DNA from: an archaeon
GTDB taxonomy: Archaea > Nanobdellota > Nanobdellia > Woesearchaeales > UBA9642
Length of the DNA stretch: 64,000 nt
Direction: 5' to 3'
Assembly: GCA_020057295.1 (NCBI GenBank)
Contig: JAGVGF010000002.1
Location: 190,276-254,275 of the forward strand
Of this stretch, positions 46,913 to 57,151 are shown one piece after another. Below the pieces are notes generated by a model. The model was given only the letters and a program-made list of their open reading frames with translations. It did no database searches and was not told the origin of the DNA. Numbering within the stretch: position 1 is the first letter of the stretch; each line of letters opens with the position of its first letter. The position numbers were made by a program, and so were the translations under genes.

Positions 46913-47446
46913 GTGACACAAGAAATAGAGAGAAAATATCTTATATGGGAATCCGGAACAAATTATTTTACAGAAGCATTATCGATAATGTATCCTTCAA
47001 TTGATGCATTAAAGGATGATGTCACTAATAACGGTGCACCAATAAGACAAGGATATCTTTCACTCACCACGGGACGAGAATTAAGTGATTTAGTAGGTAT
47101 GAATGTCGATTTTATTCCGAGCGAAGCTAGACTGAGAGATAAGAAAAAGAAATTTTATTTTACTATCAAAGGGAGTGGTGGACTAGAGAGAAATGAATTG
47201 GAAGTCGAAATCGAGAGAGAAATTTTTTATCAGTATTGGCCGCAGACTAAAGGGCAAAGGGTTGAGAAAATTAGATTAAGCAGACCATTCGATGGACATA
47301 CTTTAGAAATTGATGTGTATACTGATAGAGATTTGATTGTTGCAGAAATAGAGGTTCCTACTCTGGAAGAAGCGGAAAAACTCGAGATTCTAGGAAAAGA
47401 TGTAACGACAGATAAAAGATATAAAAATAAGAATCTTGCAAAATAA
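46913..47446 (+). CDS. CYTH-domain protein (triphosphate tunnel metalloenzyme / class IV adenylyl cyclase-like)
   Basis: N-terminal 'EIERKYL' (ExExK) signature; GTG start. Confidence 0.6.
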   Translation: MTQEIERKYLIWESGTNYFTEALSIMYPSIDALKDDVTNNGAPIRQGYLSLTTGRELSDLVGMNVDFIPSEARLRDKKKKFYFTIKGSGGLERNELEVEIEREIFYQYWPQTKGQRVEKIRLSRPFDGHTLEIDVYTDRDLIVAEIEVPTLEEAEKLEILGKDVTTDKRYKNKNLAK

Positions 47447-47484
47447 AAATATTTTCTATATTTATATTGTTTGAGCTAAAGCTT

Positions 47485-48906
47485 TTATCCTTTAATCACA
47501 CCTAATGGAACTAATCTTGCAACCATGTTTCCTATGCCTATGCCGTGAGAAACGCGTATTACTTCATCAATGTCTTTGTACATTTGCGGAGCTTCTTCTG
47601 CTATGCCTTTTATTGATCCTGCTTTAACTTCAATGTTCATATTCTTTAGCTGATCAATAATATCTTGACCTTTTAATGTTCTAAGAGCCTCTGATCTTGA
47701 ACCTACACGACCAGCTCCATGAGCTGTACTACCAAAACTGACTTCTTCAGCTTTCTTTGTACCAACTAACACATAACTTGCTGTGCCCATACTTCCTGGA
47801 ATAATTATTGGTTGTCCATAATCTCTATAAATCTCTGGAACTTCAACACGACCAGGCCCAAAACTTCTTGTTGCACCTTTTCTATGAACGCAAACTTTTC
47901 TACTTTCACCATCTACAATATGTTTCTCAAACTTTCCAATATTGTGACAAACATCATAAACTACATCAATATTATCTTGACTTCCATACAATTTTTCGAA
48001 TATGTTTCTTACATGATACGTTATTAATTGTTTATTGCTGAATGCAAAATTTGCTGCTGCACCCATTGCCTTCAAATATTCTTGTCCTAAGTCAGAATTT
48101 ATTGGTGCATTAATTAATTCTCTATCAGGTAAATCTGCGTGTCCATATTTTTCTTCCATCTTCATTATATAATCTGAAGCAACTTGATGTCCTAATCCTC
48201 TTGATCCACAATGTATCATAACAACTACTTGTCCCGGATGTGTTATTCCAAATGCCTTAGCAATTTTTTCATCATATATTCTATCAACTTTCTGTAATTC
48301 TAAAAAATGATTTCCTGAACCAAGAGTTCCTAACTGTGGAACTCCTCTTAATAATGCTTTTTCTGATATTACTGTAGGATCAGAATCTAATCTTCCATTC
48401 TCTTCAGTTCTATCAATATCTTCAATCTTACCATAACCTTGTTCAATCATATATTTTGCGCCATGATTCATTGTTTCCAAAAGTTGCTGTTTCGAAAATT
48501 GTATCACACCTTTTCTACCAGTTCCTACAGGAATTTTTTTAAATAATTCATTTAATAATTCCGTTCTATGCTTTAATATTTCGTCAAAATTATAATCAGT
48601 TCTCAAAAGACGGACAGAGCAATTAATATCATAACCAATTCCGCCAGGAGAGATTATTCCTTCATCCATGTCGAAAGCAGCAACGCCGCCTATTGGAAAT
48701 CCATAACCTTCATGACAATCAGGCATTGCAATTGCATTACCAACTATGCCTTTTAAGCATGCAACGTTCATTATTTGATTAAACGTTTTATCACTACGAA
48801 CTTTAGACATTAATGCATCTGAAGAATAAATGACTGCAGGAACATTCATCTGTCCATGCTTTTCAATCTTCCAAGTAAACTCGTTTATTTTAGTTGGTTC
48901 AACCAT
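47485..48906 (-). CDS. rtcB: RNA-splicing ligase RtcB
   Basis: 'GYDINCSVRLL', 'MIHCGSRGLGHQ', 'STAHGAGR' metal-binding and nucleophile motifs; 473 aa (no intein). Confidence 0.9.
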   Translation of the reverse strand: MVEPTKINEFTWKIEKHGQMNVPAVIYSSDALMSKVRSDKTFNQIMNVACLKGIVGNAIAMPDCHEGYGFPIGGVAAFDMDEGIISPGGIGYDINCSVRLLRTDYNFDEILKHRTELLNELFKKIPVGTGRKGVIQFSKQQLLETMNHGAKYMIEQGYGKIEDIDRTEENGRLDSDPTVISEKALLRGVPQLGTLGSGNHFLELQKVDRIYDEKIAKAFGITHPGQVVVMIHCGSRGLGHQVASDYIMKMEEKYGHADLPDRELINAPINSDLGQEYLKAMGAAANFAFSNKQLITYHVRNIFEKLYGSQDNIDVVYDVCHNIGKFEKHIVDGESRKVCVHRKGATRSFGPGRVEVPEIYRDYGQPIIIPGSMGTASYVLVGTKKAEEVSFGSTAHGAGRVGSRSEALRTLKGQDIIDQLKNMNIEVKAGSIKGIAEEAPQMYKDIDEVIRVSHGIGIGNMVARLVPLGVIKG

Positions 48907-49376
48907 TCTTCTAAGAAGAGCCCAGGCTTTAAAAATTTAGTTCTCACGAAACAATCATAGACTTTTGCTGCATCAAATGCGCAATATTTTGGCACAAGAG
49001 GAATTTCTTCTGCTGCAGTTAATGTTCGATCTATGGCATAATCTGTTCCAGAATGTATCACTTTCGCATTTGGTCCTAATCTGTGATATACTCTGCGCCT
49101 ATTTTGTGGATCAATAACCATTATGTGGTATATTGCTCTTTGTTTTAGACTCGAACTCTCAAACGTGATTACTGAGCTTAATTCTCTTCTAACTTCTGTG
49201 AAACAGTTAACAATTGGCGCTTTATGAGTACTTATCTTTTCGTCAATATCCACAAGTCCTTGTATATACATTTGCGTTCCAAGACAATTTTTTCCATGAG
49301 TATCTGATTCCGTTGCAATTTTTACTCTACGTAGAAATTCATCGTACGTAATTATGCTCGGAAGTAGTTCTATCAT
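48885..49376 (-). CDS. hypothetical protein in the RtcB-archease operon
   Basis: 163 aa; 22-nt overlap with rtcB; sits between the archease and rtcB genes. Confidence 0.45.
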   Translation of the reverse strand: MIELLPSIITYDEFLRRVKIATESDTHGKNCLGTQMYIQGLVDIDEKISTHKAPIVNCFTEVRRELSSVITFESSSLKQRAIYHIMVIDPQNRRRVYHRLGPNAKVIHSGTDYAIDRTLTAAEEIPLVPKYCAFDAAKVYDCFVRTKFLKPGLFLEEWLNQLK

Positions 49377-49430
49377 ATTAGAAAGGAATATTTATCCTAA
49401 TTTAAATTTTTCTTATGAATAAACAGTTAT

Positions 49431-49886
49431 TTACAAGTCCACAACAACTTGAACAGTATATTTTCCTTTTTCTTCATCAAATTTTACATACATCTCATTA
49501 TATGTTACTGCCTTAACTTCACCATGACCTTCTAAGTTTATTGCTTGTGTGCCTTCCATTATTGCTTTTAATTTATACATTTCATCAACATGTATTATTT
49601 GTATCTTTTTAACTACTCCAACAAATAATTCTGCACTCATTAAAAAAATAACTTCTTCAAGAAAATTATATAGTAATGTTTCAAGATTTGTTCCTTCAAC
49701 AATTACATCTCTTTCCTGTTCATCAAATTCATAATCTAGAACTTCTTCTATATTATATATTATACTAATCATAGCTTCCTGAGCATTTTTAAAAGCTTCC
49801 TCTAAAGTGTTACCATAAGCTTGAAATTTTGCATCAGCGGTCTTATCAAAAAATTTATATTTATCAGTTGATTGATTTTCATCCAT
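49431..49886 (-). CDS. archease (RtcB activator)
   Basis: 'FFDKTADAKFQAYGNTLEEAF' matches the archease N-terminal signature (F-x-H-T-A-D). Confidence 0.75.
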   Translation of the reverse strand: MDENQSTDKYKFFDKTADAKFQAYGNTLEEAFKNAQEAMISIIYNIEEVLDYEFDEQERDVIVEGTNLETLLYNFLEEVIFLMSAELFVGVVKKIQIIHVDEMYKLKAIMEGTQAINLEGHGEVKAVTYNEMYVKFDEEKGKYTVQVVVDL

Positions 49887-49920
49887 AACATTAAGAAGAA
49901 TTATAGGTTTAAAAACTTAA

Positions 49921-50403
49921 TCACTCATCTAAGAAATTTTTTGGCAAATATACTATTTCTATGCCTAATTCTTTTGCCATTTGATGCTCCCATGTGGCTC
50001 CATGACTGGATTCCCATCCATGAATAAAATAGAATTTTTTTATATATCCTGATTTGAATACGTGTGAGTAAAATCCGTCTAGTAGTAATTGATTTTTTTC
50101 TTTTGTGTGTGTGCCTGTAATATTTTTAAGATGTTGAAAACGTTTCTCAAATGGCGTCCAATTAAATATAGAATTTCCCTGATCTGCCAATTTATGTGTA
50201 GTCTTTTCTATTACTTCAAGATTTTTCTGTAATGATCCAAGACCTCCAGTAGATGCTGGCCCGCATACTTCTCCAATGGGTTGAGGCATATCCTTTAGAA
50301 CGTCAATAGCAATATCCTTTAAATCGTCATAACTTTTAGCTTCATCTATTGCTTTGTAATGTTCATCCTTATAATGTTTTAGTGAATGATGTTTAACACT
50401 CAT
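49921..50403 (-). CDS. hypothetical protein (possible nucleoside 2-deoxyribosyltransferase-like fold)
   Basis: 'VCGPASTGG' weakly resembles DUF4406-like motifs; low confidence. Confidence 0.3.
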   Translation of the reverse strand: MSVKHHSLKHYKDEHYKAIDEAKSYDDLKDIAIDVLKDMPQPIGEVCGPASTGGLGSLQKNLEVIEKTTHKLADQGNSIFNWTPFEKRFQHLKNITGTHTKEKNQLLLDGFYSHVFKSGYIKKFYFIHGWESSHGATWEHQMAKELGIEIVYLPKNFLDE

Positions 50404-50476
50404 GGAACCTTTAAGAACTTAAGTATTATAAAAATTTATTGTTTAAAGTCTTCTAATATCAAGATAAAAAAACTAC

Positions 50477-50995
50477 TTAATATTTTTTAAGTAGATCACC
50501 AAGTGATGCTCCTATGGCACATGGTGCGCTAAGTATTATTACTAAACTTACGAAATATTGTGGCGCTATGATATATTGTAATCCAAAAATGTACGCTATA
50601 CTAGATGCTACTAATAGTGCGATAAAGTAGAACATTATTATTCTTTTAATCCAAAACTGTCCAAACTTTCTATTCTTTTTATCAGCAACCTTACTATATC
50701 CTATAATATATATCTCTAATGTTAACAGTATTAATGTACATGCAACTATAATGTATAAGTGCGGTTCTGGAATGTTTACAGCAATATTTATTGTACCCAA
50801 AGAGAATAGTACGCTAAATCCGAAGAATAACGCCCCTATAAAAGCTCTAACCCAATCTTGTTTAGAAAAGTGATCTGGTGTATGATCGATTAATTTATCT
50901 TTGATACGCTCAACGTCGTTCTTTATTATTTCAGTCTCGAATTTTACAACATCGAGTTCTCTCTTAATCTCGTCGATTTCTCGCAAATCATACAC
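50477..50995 (-). CDS. hypothetical membrane protein
   Basis: 172 aa, four TM helices after a charged N-terminus. Confidence 0.4.
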   Translation of the reverse strand: MYDLREIDEIKRELDVVKFETEIIKNDVERIKDKLIDHTPDHFSKQDWVRAFIGALFFGFSVLFSLGTINIAVNIPEPHLYIIVACTLILLTLEIYIIGYSKVADKKNRKFGQFWIKRIIMFYFIALLVASSIAYIFGLQYIIAPQYFVSLVIILSAPCAIGASLGDLLKKY

Positions 50996-51064
50996 CTCTT
51001 TCTAATAATAATATTATAAGTAATTTATATATTTGACGATTAATAATACATCCCACATAATTGA

Positions 51065-52780
51065 CTAATTAATATATGCGTTAGCCATATATTGTTGTGC
51101 CATTCTATACGTGTTAAAAAAACTTGCATTTATAGCTATGCAATGTCTCATTATATCTGCCCATTTATCTTTATTACCATAAAATGTTGGTATAATAACG
51201 TTTTCTAATTTTTCATATAAATCTCTAGCTTCATCTTTCATATCCGAATCTTCTCTAAATTCTGCATCTTGTGGATGTGGCCCTAACGACCATCCAGTAA
51301 TATTTTCTACACATCCTTCAAGCCACCATCCATCAAGTGTTGAAGCTTGTGGTACACCATTCAATGCTGCTTTCATTCCGCTAGTGCCTGATGCTTCTAA
51401 TGGTCTTTGAGGATTATTTAACCAGATGTCACATCCTGCAACCATTTTGCGTGCTACTAGCATATCATAATTTTGTAAGAATACCATTTTTACTCTACAA
51501 TTTTCACTATTTATTTTGTTTGCTATCTGAATAACTTTTTTAATTAACTCTTTACCTCTATAATCTTTAGCATGTGCTTTTCCAGCAAATATTATTTGTA
51601 TATCTCCTACTTTTTCGGCAACTTGTTTTAATCTATCAATATCTTGTAATATTAAATCTGGACGTTTATATTCTGTGAATCTTCTAGCATATCCTATAGT
51701 AAATCTTAAAGGATCGAACTTCATGTTAGTTTTTTGATTTACTTCATCTATCAATTGCTTCTTAGCTTCCATATGAGCATCCAGTATATCTTCTTTAGGT
51801 ATAGATAATCCGTATCTTAACGTGAACGGATCTCTAACCCATCCAGGAACATATTTATCATATAATGTCTTGAATGGTGGACTAATCCATGTTTGAGGAT
51901 GTATGCCGTTAGTTATTGCATCAATAGTATATCCAGGAAACATTTCTCTAGTTATTTCACCGTGTCTCTTAGCCACCCCATTTACATATGTAGAGAAGTT
52001 TAAGGCTAGTAATGTCATGTTAAAATTTCCATCATGTATTGCTCTATCCAGAACAAATTGAGGTGCATATCCGTTGAGCATTTTTTTAAATAAATCTGTT
52101 TCGAAAGAATCGTGTCCAGCTGCTATTGGTGTATGTGTTGTAAATACACACTTATTTCTTACTGCTTCAATGTTAAAACATTGTTCATCTTCACCACATT
52201 CATAATTTTGCATTCTATGTAATAATTCTAATGTTAATAATGCGCTATGTCCTTCGTTCATATGATATTTTTTAATATTATACCCTAAAGATTCTAGCAT
52301 TCTGACGCCGCCTATTCCTAAAACTATTTCTTGAGCCAGTCTATAAGATTTATCTCCACCATATAATGATGATGTTAATGTTTTATCGTAAGGTGTATTA
52401 TCATCGGTGTTTGTGTCTAAGAAAAATATTGGAATATTATATCCTGAACATCCTCTAATCATGTGTTTCCATACTCTTACTTTTACTTCACGTCCTTCAA
52501 TATTTACACTAATAATATTTGGCATTAATACCATGAAATCATTAACGCGCCATTCTACAGGAGTTTCAATTTGATTGCCGTCGTTATCGATTACTTGATG
52601 AAAATATCCTTTAGAATTTATTAGTGTAATTCCAATCACTGGTACACGCATGTCAGCAAAACTTTTGATTAAGTCGCCAGCAAGTATTCCTAGGCCACCA
52701 GCGTAAGTTGGTATAGAATGACTTATTCCAATCTCCATACTAAAATATGCAATGTGCTCACGATCTTGACCCACAACCAT
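51065..52780 (-). CDS. alpha-glucan (glycogen/maltodextrin) phosphorylase, GT35
   Basis: 'GGLGILAGD' and the PLP-site 'EASGTSGMKAALNG'. Confidence 0.85.
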   Translation of the reverse strand: MVVGQDREHIAYFSMEIGISHSIPTYAGGLGILAGDLIKSFADMRVPVIGITLINSKGYFHQVIDNDGNQIETPVEWRVNDFMVLMPNIISVNIEGREVKVRVWKHMIRGCSGYNIPIFFLDTNTDDNTPYDKTLTSSLYGGDKSYRLAQEIVLGIGGVRMLESLGYNIKKYHMNEGHSALLTLELLHRMQNYECGEDEQCFNIEAVRNKCVFTTHTPIAAGHDSFETDLFKKMLNGYAPQFVLDRAIHDGNFNMTLLALNFSTYVNGVAKRHGEITREMFPGYTIDAITNGIHPQTWISPPFKTLYDKYVPGWVRDPFTLRYGLSIPKEDILDAHMEAKKQLIDEVNQKTNMKFDPLRFTIGYARRFTEYKRPDLILQDIDRLKQVAEKVGDIQIIFAGKAHAKDYRGKELIKKVIQIANKINSENCRVKMVFLQNYDMLVARKMVAGCDIWLNNPQRPLEASGTSGMKAALNGVPQASTLDGWWLEGCVENITGWSLGPHPQDAEFREDSDMKDEARDLYEKLENVIIPTFYGNKDKWADIMRHCIAINASFFNTYRMAQQYMANAYIN

Positions 52781-52873
52781 ATATTCATATAATATCTCGA
52801 GTTTAAAAACTTGTTATACTATTTTTAAGGGATGACAAGAAAATGTATTATTATATGTGTTATTAAGAAGATT

Positions 52874-52945
52874 ATGGCCCCGGCGCGAGTTGAACGCGCT
52901 ACCTTCGCTGAGTGAGAGCGACATCATACCGTTAGACCACGAGGC
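52874..52945 (-). tRNA. tRNA-Val (anticodon CAC), atypical U37
   Basis: Minus strand GGCCTCG-TG-GTCT-AACGGTA-TGAT-G-TCGCT-CTCACTC-AGCGA-AGGTA-GCGCG-TTCAACT-CGCGC-CGGGGCC-A; same D-arm architecture as the tRNA-Val(GAC) at 63758. Confidence 0.6.
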
Positions 52946-53019
52946 CGTTTGAATATTTTATTGTCGCTTAAAGCGACATTTGTTTTTTCCGAGGTTTTTT
53001 ATAAAAAAGCTCGCCAGGT

Positions 53020-53035
53020 GTTAGACCACGAGGCC
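53020..53035. repeat. 16-bp direct repeat of the tRNA-Val(CAC) 5' end (GTTAGACCACGAGGCC)
   Basis: Identical 16-mer at 52930-52945 (inside the tRNA) and 53020-53035. Confidence 0.7.
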
Positions 53036-53060
53036 ACGTATTATGATAATTATTCTTCTT

Positions 53061-54251
53061 CTACAAAAATTCTACATCGACTTCCATTTGGTCCCATGTA
53101 GGATATTGTTCAACAATTGCTGGGATTAGGTTTAATGATTTTAGATGTTTGGCAAGTTTTTTAACAATTCCTATGTTTGTTATTATTCTTAATTTTTTAT
53201 CGTCAATATCTAACATATTATTTGGTATAGATAGTTCTTTAACAAGTTTGGAACGTATTTCGTGTAATTCTTTAAGTATGTGTTCACGTTCTGTTGGTAA
53301 AATATTGGTTATTATTGTTTTATATCCGAATGATGGTTGGAGATTATGTAAATATATTGCTCCACGAACGATGGTTCCATCTTCTGTTACTATATCAAAT
53401 ATTTTCTTAGTATTTTCTGCACGCAATTTCAATCTTTGTCTTAATTGTACACCATCTTTTAATTTGCATGTGCAGTAATGAACATTTGATTGAGGATATT
53501 TTGTTTCGGCATATTTCATCAATTTTAATGCTAATTCTTGCGATCCTTTAACACCATAAGATAGTTTGTCTTTAGTATGAAAATCTCTATCCACTAATTC
53601 ACAACTATTGGTATCAGATATCTCCAGTTCATTAAGGTTTAAGAAATCTATTTTTGGAATGAAATAATCAATTAATTTAATAGTTTGAACATCATATCCA
53701 GGAATGCTCGGAATTTCTACACCCAAGTCAAAAACGTATTTTCGTTTACCTTTATCAAACAATAAGTTAATATTTTTCCAATGCGTATCAATAGTGAAGT
53801 CTGGATGCACTCTTAATTCATCAAGCCCGGCTTCTTCTAACATTTTAAGTCTTTCAGGTCTTAATGATTCTAAGATTGTGTATAAGTGTATGTGATATTT
53901 TTTTCCAAATTCTTTCTTTAATGCTTTAATGTATCTGCATGTTCTATCTATTCTGCTCAATGGGTCTCCCCCCGTAAATCCTGCTCCTTTAGCTTTACAT
54001 GCTTTAGATTCTTCTATTAAGGCATTTATTTCATTTTCATCTATTAATTGTCTCTCATTAGCATAGATTACGTCAGTATTTTTCTTTTGCTCTGATAATG
54101 GGCAATAGAAACAGTTCTTTGGACATATACCTGTAACAAATACTACTAGTTTTCTACCAAGAACACATTGTCTACATCCTTTAGCTAAATCATTATATTT
54201 CCATGAATAATATTTTGTTTGTTCCATAGTTTCACTAATTTGCGTAAACAA
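53061..54251 (-). CDS. radical SAM domain protein
   Basis: 'CPKNCFYCP' CxxxCxxC motif near the N-terminus; 396 aa; subfamily not assignable. Confidence 0.65.
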   Translation of the reverse strand: MFTQISETMEQTKYYSWKYNDLAKGCRQCVLGRKLVVFVTGICPKNCFYCPLSEQKKNTDVIYANERQLIDENEINALIEESKACKAKGAGFTGGDPLSRIDRTCRYIKALKKEFGKKYHIHLYTILESLRPERLKMLEEAGLDELRVHPDFTIDTHWKNINLLFDKGKRKYVFDLGVEIPSIPGYDVQTIKLIDYFIPKIDFLNLNELEISDTNSCELVDRDFHTKDKLSYGVKGSQELALKLMKYAETKYPQSNVHYCTCKLKDGVQLRQRLKLRAENTKKIFDIVTEDGTIVRGAIYLHNLQPSFGYKTIITNILPTEREHILKELHEIRSKLVKELSIPNNMLDIDDKKLRIITNIGIVKKLAKHLKSLNLIPAIVEQYPTWDQMEVDVEFL

Positions 54252-54268
54252 TTTTTGATACTCAAAAA

Positions 54269-55060
54269 TTATATAAATAATTTTTGATAATTATTATATA
54301 TTATATTTGCTGTTTCTTCTTCCGTTAATTCTTTTATCTGAGCAATTTTCTTTATAGTATATTTTACATTGTCTGGTCTGTTTGTTCTTCCAGGAAATGG
54401 ACTTAAGTACGGTGCATCGGTTTCTGTAAGTAATTGTGTAATAGGTGTATCTTTTACAACCTGTTGAAAATGTAGTGATCTATCAACGTTACATGGTATA
54501 GAAAAATACCATCCATTATCACGAATTCTTTGTACAATATGTTTTCTTCCAGAGAAGCAATGCATTATAACTTTCTTATCTTTCATATTTTCCTGTTCTA
54601 GCAATTCTACAACATCTAACTCTGCATTACGTGAATGTAATATTATTGGAACATTATATTTTTGAGCTATATTAACAAATTTTTTAAGACAATTTTTTTG
54701 AATATTTTTTCTTTTATCATTCATAACTAATTCTTTATAGTCTAGGCCTATTTCTCCAATAGCTACACACTTTTTGTTTTTTATATTTTCTTCAATAAAT
54801 TTTATTTCATCATTAAATTCTTTTTCTTTACCTTTCTCAATCATTTCAAGACAATGTATAGGATAAATTCCGAGTGCGATTTTTACTATGGAATGTTTCT
54901 TTGCTATTTCGATTGTTTTTCTATTACTTTCAACATCCACGCCATTAGCTACAACTATCTTAACATTATTTAAGGCACATTCATCTAATATCTTATCTAT
55001 GCCTCCTTCTTTCTCATAACCTTCAATATCCAAGTGTGCATGTACGTCAACTAACAACAT
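54269..55060 (-). CDS. TatD-family metal-dependent hydrolase/DNase
   Basis: N-terminal 'VDVHAHLD' and TIM-barrel hydrolase pattern; 263 aa. Confidence 0.7.
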   Translation of the reverse strand: MLLVDVHAHLDIEGYEKEGGIDKILDECALNNVKIVVANGVDVESNRKTIEIAKKHSIVKIALGIYPIHCLEMIEKGKEKEFNDEIKFIEENIKNKKCVAIGEIGLDYKELVMNDKRKNIQKNCLKKFVNIAQKYNVPIILHSRNAELDVVELLEQENMKDKKVIMHCFSGRKHIVQRIRDNGWYFSIPCNVDRSLHFQQVVKDTPITQLLTETDAPYLSPFPGRTNRPDNVKYTIKKIAQIKELTEEETANIIYNNYQKLFI

Positions 55061-55148
55061 GATATCAAGAACAGAATTGGTTTTTATAAAGTTAATCTAA
55101 TAAGAATATATTATCTGTAGAGTTTTTATATTGTCATGAATATTATTT

Positions 55149-55550
55149 CTATTCTGAATGTATCAAATCTAGAATCATTTCTTTAATATCATTACGAACA
55201 CTTCTTGCATAATCTAAGCCTAATCCGTAGGGATCGCTAAAAGGCTTATAGATTAATTTTCCAGAACTAGTAATACTTTTTGGACAATCATCAATGTCGC
55301 ACATTACAACAATATTATCGACATCATTAATCATGGAACTAGAAAATTTTTTCACAGTTTTTTCTGAGATATCTATACCTTCTTCTAGCATTATCTTAAT
55401 AATGTCTGGAGCAGGATGAGCATATCTTAATCCAGCATTATTAGAAACGCCTGCACTTTTAGCATCTGATGAGTTTGTAAAATGATTATAATATCCTTCA
55501 GCCATCTGACTTCTAGCAATGTTACCATAACATAAAAATAAGACTTTCAT
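55149..55550 (-). CDS. arsC: arsenate reductase / low-molecular-weight phosphotyrosine phosphatase family
   Basis: 'LCYGNIARSQMAEG' P-loop (C-x5-R; RSQMAEG as in thioredoxin-coupled ArsC) plus a downstream 'CDIDDC' pair. Confidence 0.7.
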   Translation of the reverse strand: MKVLFLCYGNIARSQMAEGYYNHFTNSSDAKSAGVSNNAGLRYAHPAPDIIKIMLEEGIDISEKTVKKFSSSMINDVDNIVVMCDIDDCPKSITSSGKLIYKPFSDPYGLGLDYARSVRNDIKEMILDLIHSE

Positions 55551-55632
55551 AGTGTATTAGTAGAATAGCTGTTTATATTTTTATTGTATTAGAGTTCTTT
55601 ATCAGATATATCCTACTATTTTTGTTGTTTTC

Positions 55633-56001
55633 TCACTTTCTTTTTTTTAATTGTTTTAGATTATTATCAAGATCTATGCCGTACTTTCCGTCACCATATT
55701 TGTATATTAATCCATCCTGATTCATTAAAGATTGTAGATTTAATTGATACTTTCCTTTACCCGTAATATTTATTGCTTCAATGTCAAAAATTATTATCTC
55801 CTTATTATCATCATCTTCTAGTTCGTAGAAATAATTTATTTCATCATATGATTCTTCAACCTTCTTTTTAGCCTTACTGTTTTTATTATTTTTAACAAAA
55901 TAGAATAATTTACCTCCGCATATACATCCGTTAAGTATCTCTTCAGAACCTTTTTCGTATACTTCTCCACATTTTACACATTTATGCTGCATCAAAATCA
56001 C
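55633..56001 (-). CDS. Zn-ribbon protein (archaeal conserved, GTPase operon)
   Basis: 'CVKCGEVY...CICGGK' zinc ribbon; 4-nt overlap with the upstream gene. Confidence 0.45.
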   Translation of the reverse strand: MILMQHKCVKCGEVYEKGSEEILNGCICGGKLFYFVKNNKNSKAKKKVEESYDEINYFYELEDDDNKEIIIFDIEAINITGKGKYQLNLQSLMNQDGLIYKYGDGKYGIDLDNNLKQLKKRK

Positions 56002-56414
56002 TTCTTCTTAATATTATTTTTACCTGTACCTTTTGAATATTTATTTATATAATCTTTATGAAAATATATTTCTATACTTTCAGGATTTTGTTTTAGTTCG
56101 CTTATTATTTTTGCGGGACCAATAATTGTTAATCCTGTACTTTCACCGATTAATATTTTTGCAATGTTATGTTTAATTCTAGTTATTAGATTATGTTCAT
56201 GATTGTCGTGTACTATTCCTATTTCTAAACCATTAAATTCATCGTTAATAGAATTCATTGTCTCTCTTATTAAATTTGCTTCATCAATACTGTTCAATCG
56301 TCCATCAATTAGTATAATATTTTCTTCTTTTATAAGTTTTAATATCTCTTCCATTCTGCCCTTAGAATTCATGCTAGAAAGTTTCTTATTCGACAAATAT
56401 TTGAATTTTAACAT
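55998..56414 (-). CDS. conserved archaeal hypothetical protein (GTPase operon partner)
   Basis: 138 aa; lies between the GTPase and the Zn-ribbon gene, with overlapping or adjacent ends. Confidence 0.4.
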   Translation of the reverse strand: MLKFKYLSNKKLSSMNSKGRMEEILKLIKEENIILIDGRLNSIDEANLIRETMNSINDEFNGLEIGIVHDNHEHNLITRIKHNIAKILIGESTGLTIIGPAKIISELKQNPESIEIYFHKDYINKYSKGTGKNNIKKK

Positions 56415-56421
56415 TTTAGAA

Positions 56422-57072
56422 TTAACGTTTAACCTTTTTTCTCATAACAATTAATTTGTCATATAGGTCGTCCATATTCTTAGAAAACTTTGCGCTTATA
56501 CCTATAACTTTATATTTTGGAAATGCTTGTTGTATCTTTTCTAATTTTCCTGATTTCAAATCTATTTTGTTGGCTATTATCAAGAAAGGTATATTTCTAG
56601 CTTCTAGATTACCTACTATTGTTAAATTTACTTGATTAAGAGGATTTTTTGTTGAGTCAATCATTATTAGAACTATATCTACATTATCTAGCCATTTAAT
56701 GCTTTCAATAACACCTTTAGTTGCTTCACGTGCACGCTGTTTTGCTTCTTTATTATTCATTCCAGCTTTTACAAATACTTCATAATCTATACGCGTGGCA
56801 ATGCCTGGCGTGTCTATCAAATCAAACTCTATTTTTTTGCCATTTCTATTGACTAGTAATTTTTCTTTAACATTAATTTTTCTGGTTTCATGAGCTATAT
56901 TTGAGATATCTGTAAATTCACTATCAGAATTAATTACATCTTTACACATTCTATTAGCAAGCGTAGTTTTTCCACTGTTTGGTGCACCATATATTCCTAA
57001 CTTAAATATTCTTTTGTCAGCGAATATAGTATCCCATACATCCATAAATACTGTTTTAAGTTTTGCTATCAT
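56422..57072 (-). CDS. small GTP-binding protein (archaeal GTPase)
   Basis: G1 'GAPNSGKT', G3 'DTPG', G4 'NKID', G5 'SAK'. Confidence 0.7.
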   Translation of the reverse strand: MIAKLKTVFMDVWDTIFADKRIFKLGIYGAPNSGKTTLANRMCKDVINSDSEFTDISNIAHETRKINVKEKLLVNRNGKKIEFDLIDTPGIATRIDYEVFVKAGMNNKEAKQRAREATKGVIESIKWLDNVDIVLIMIDSTKNPLNQVNLTIVGNLEARNIPFLIIANKIDLKSGKLEKIQQAFPKYKVIGISAKFSKNMDDLYDKLIVMRKKVKR

Positions 57073-57151
57073 AATTCACACTCTATTACACCATTATCAT
57101 ATGATAAGAGAATTCATCTATCCATACAGGTTATTTAAAAAAGTTTTGATT

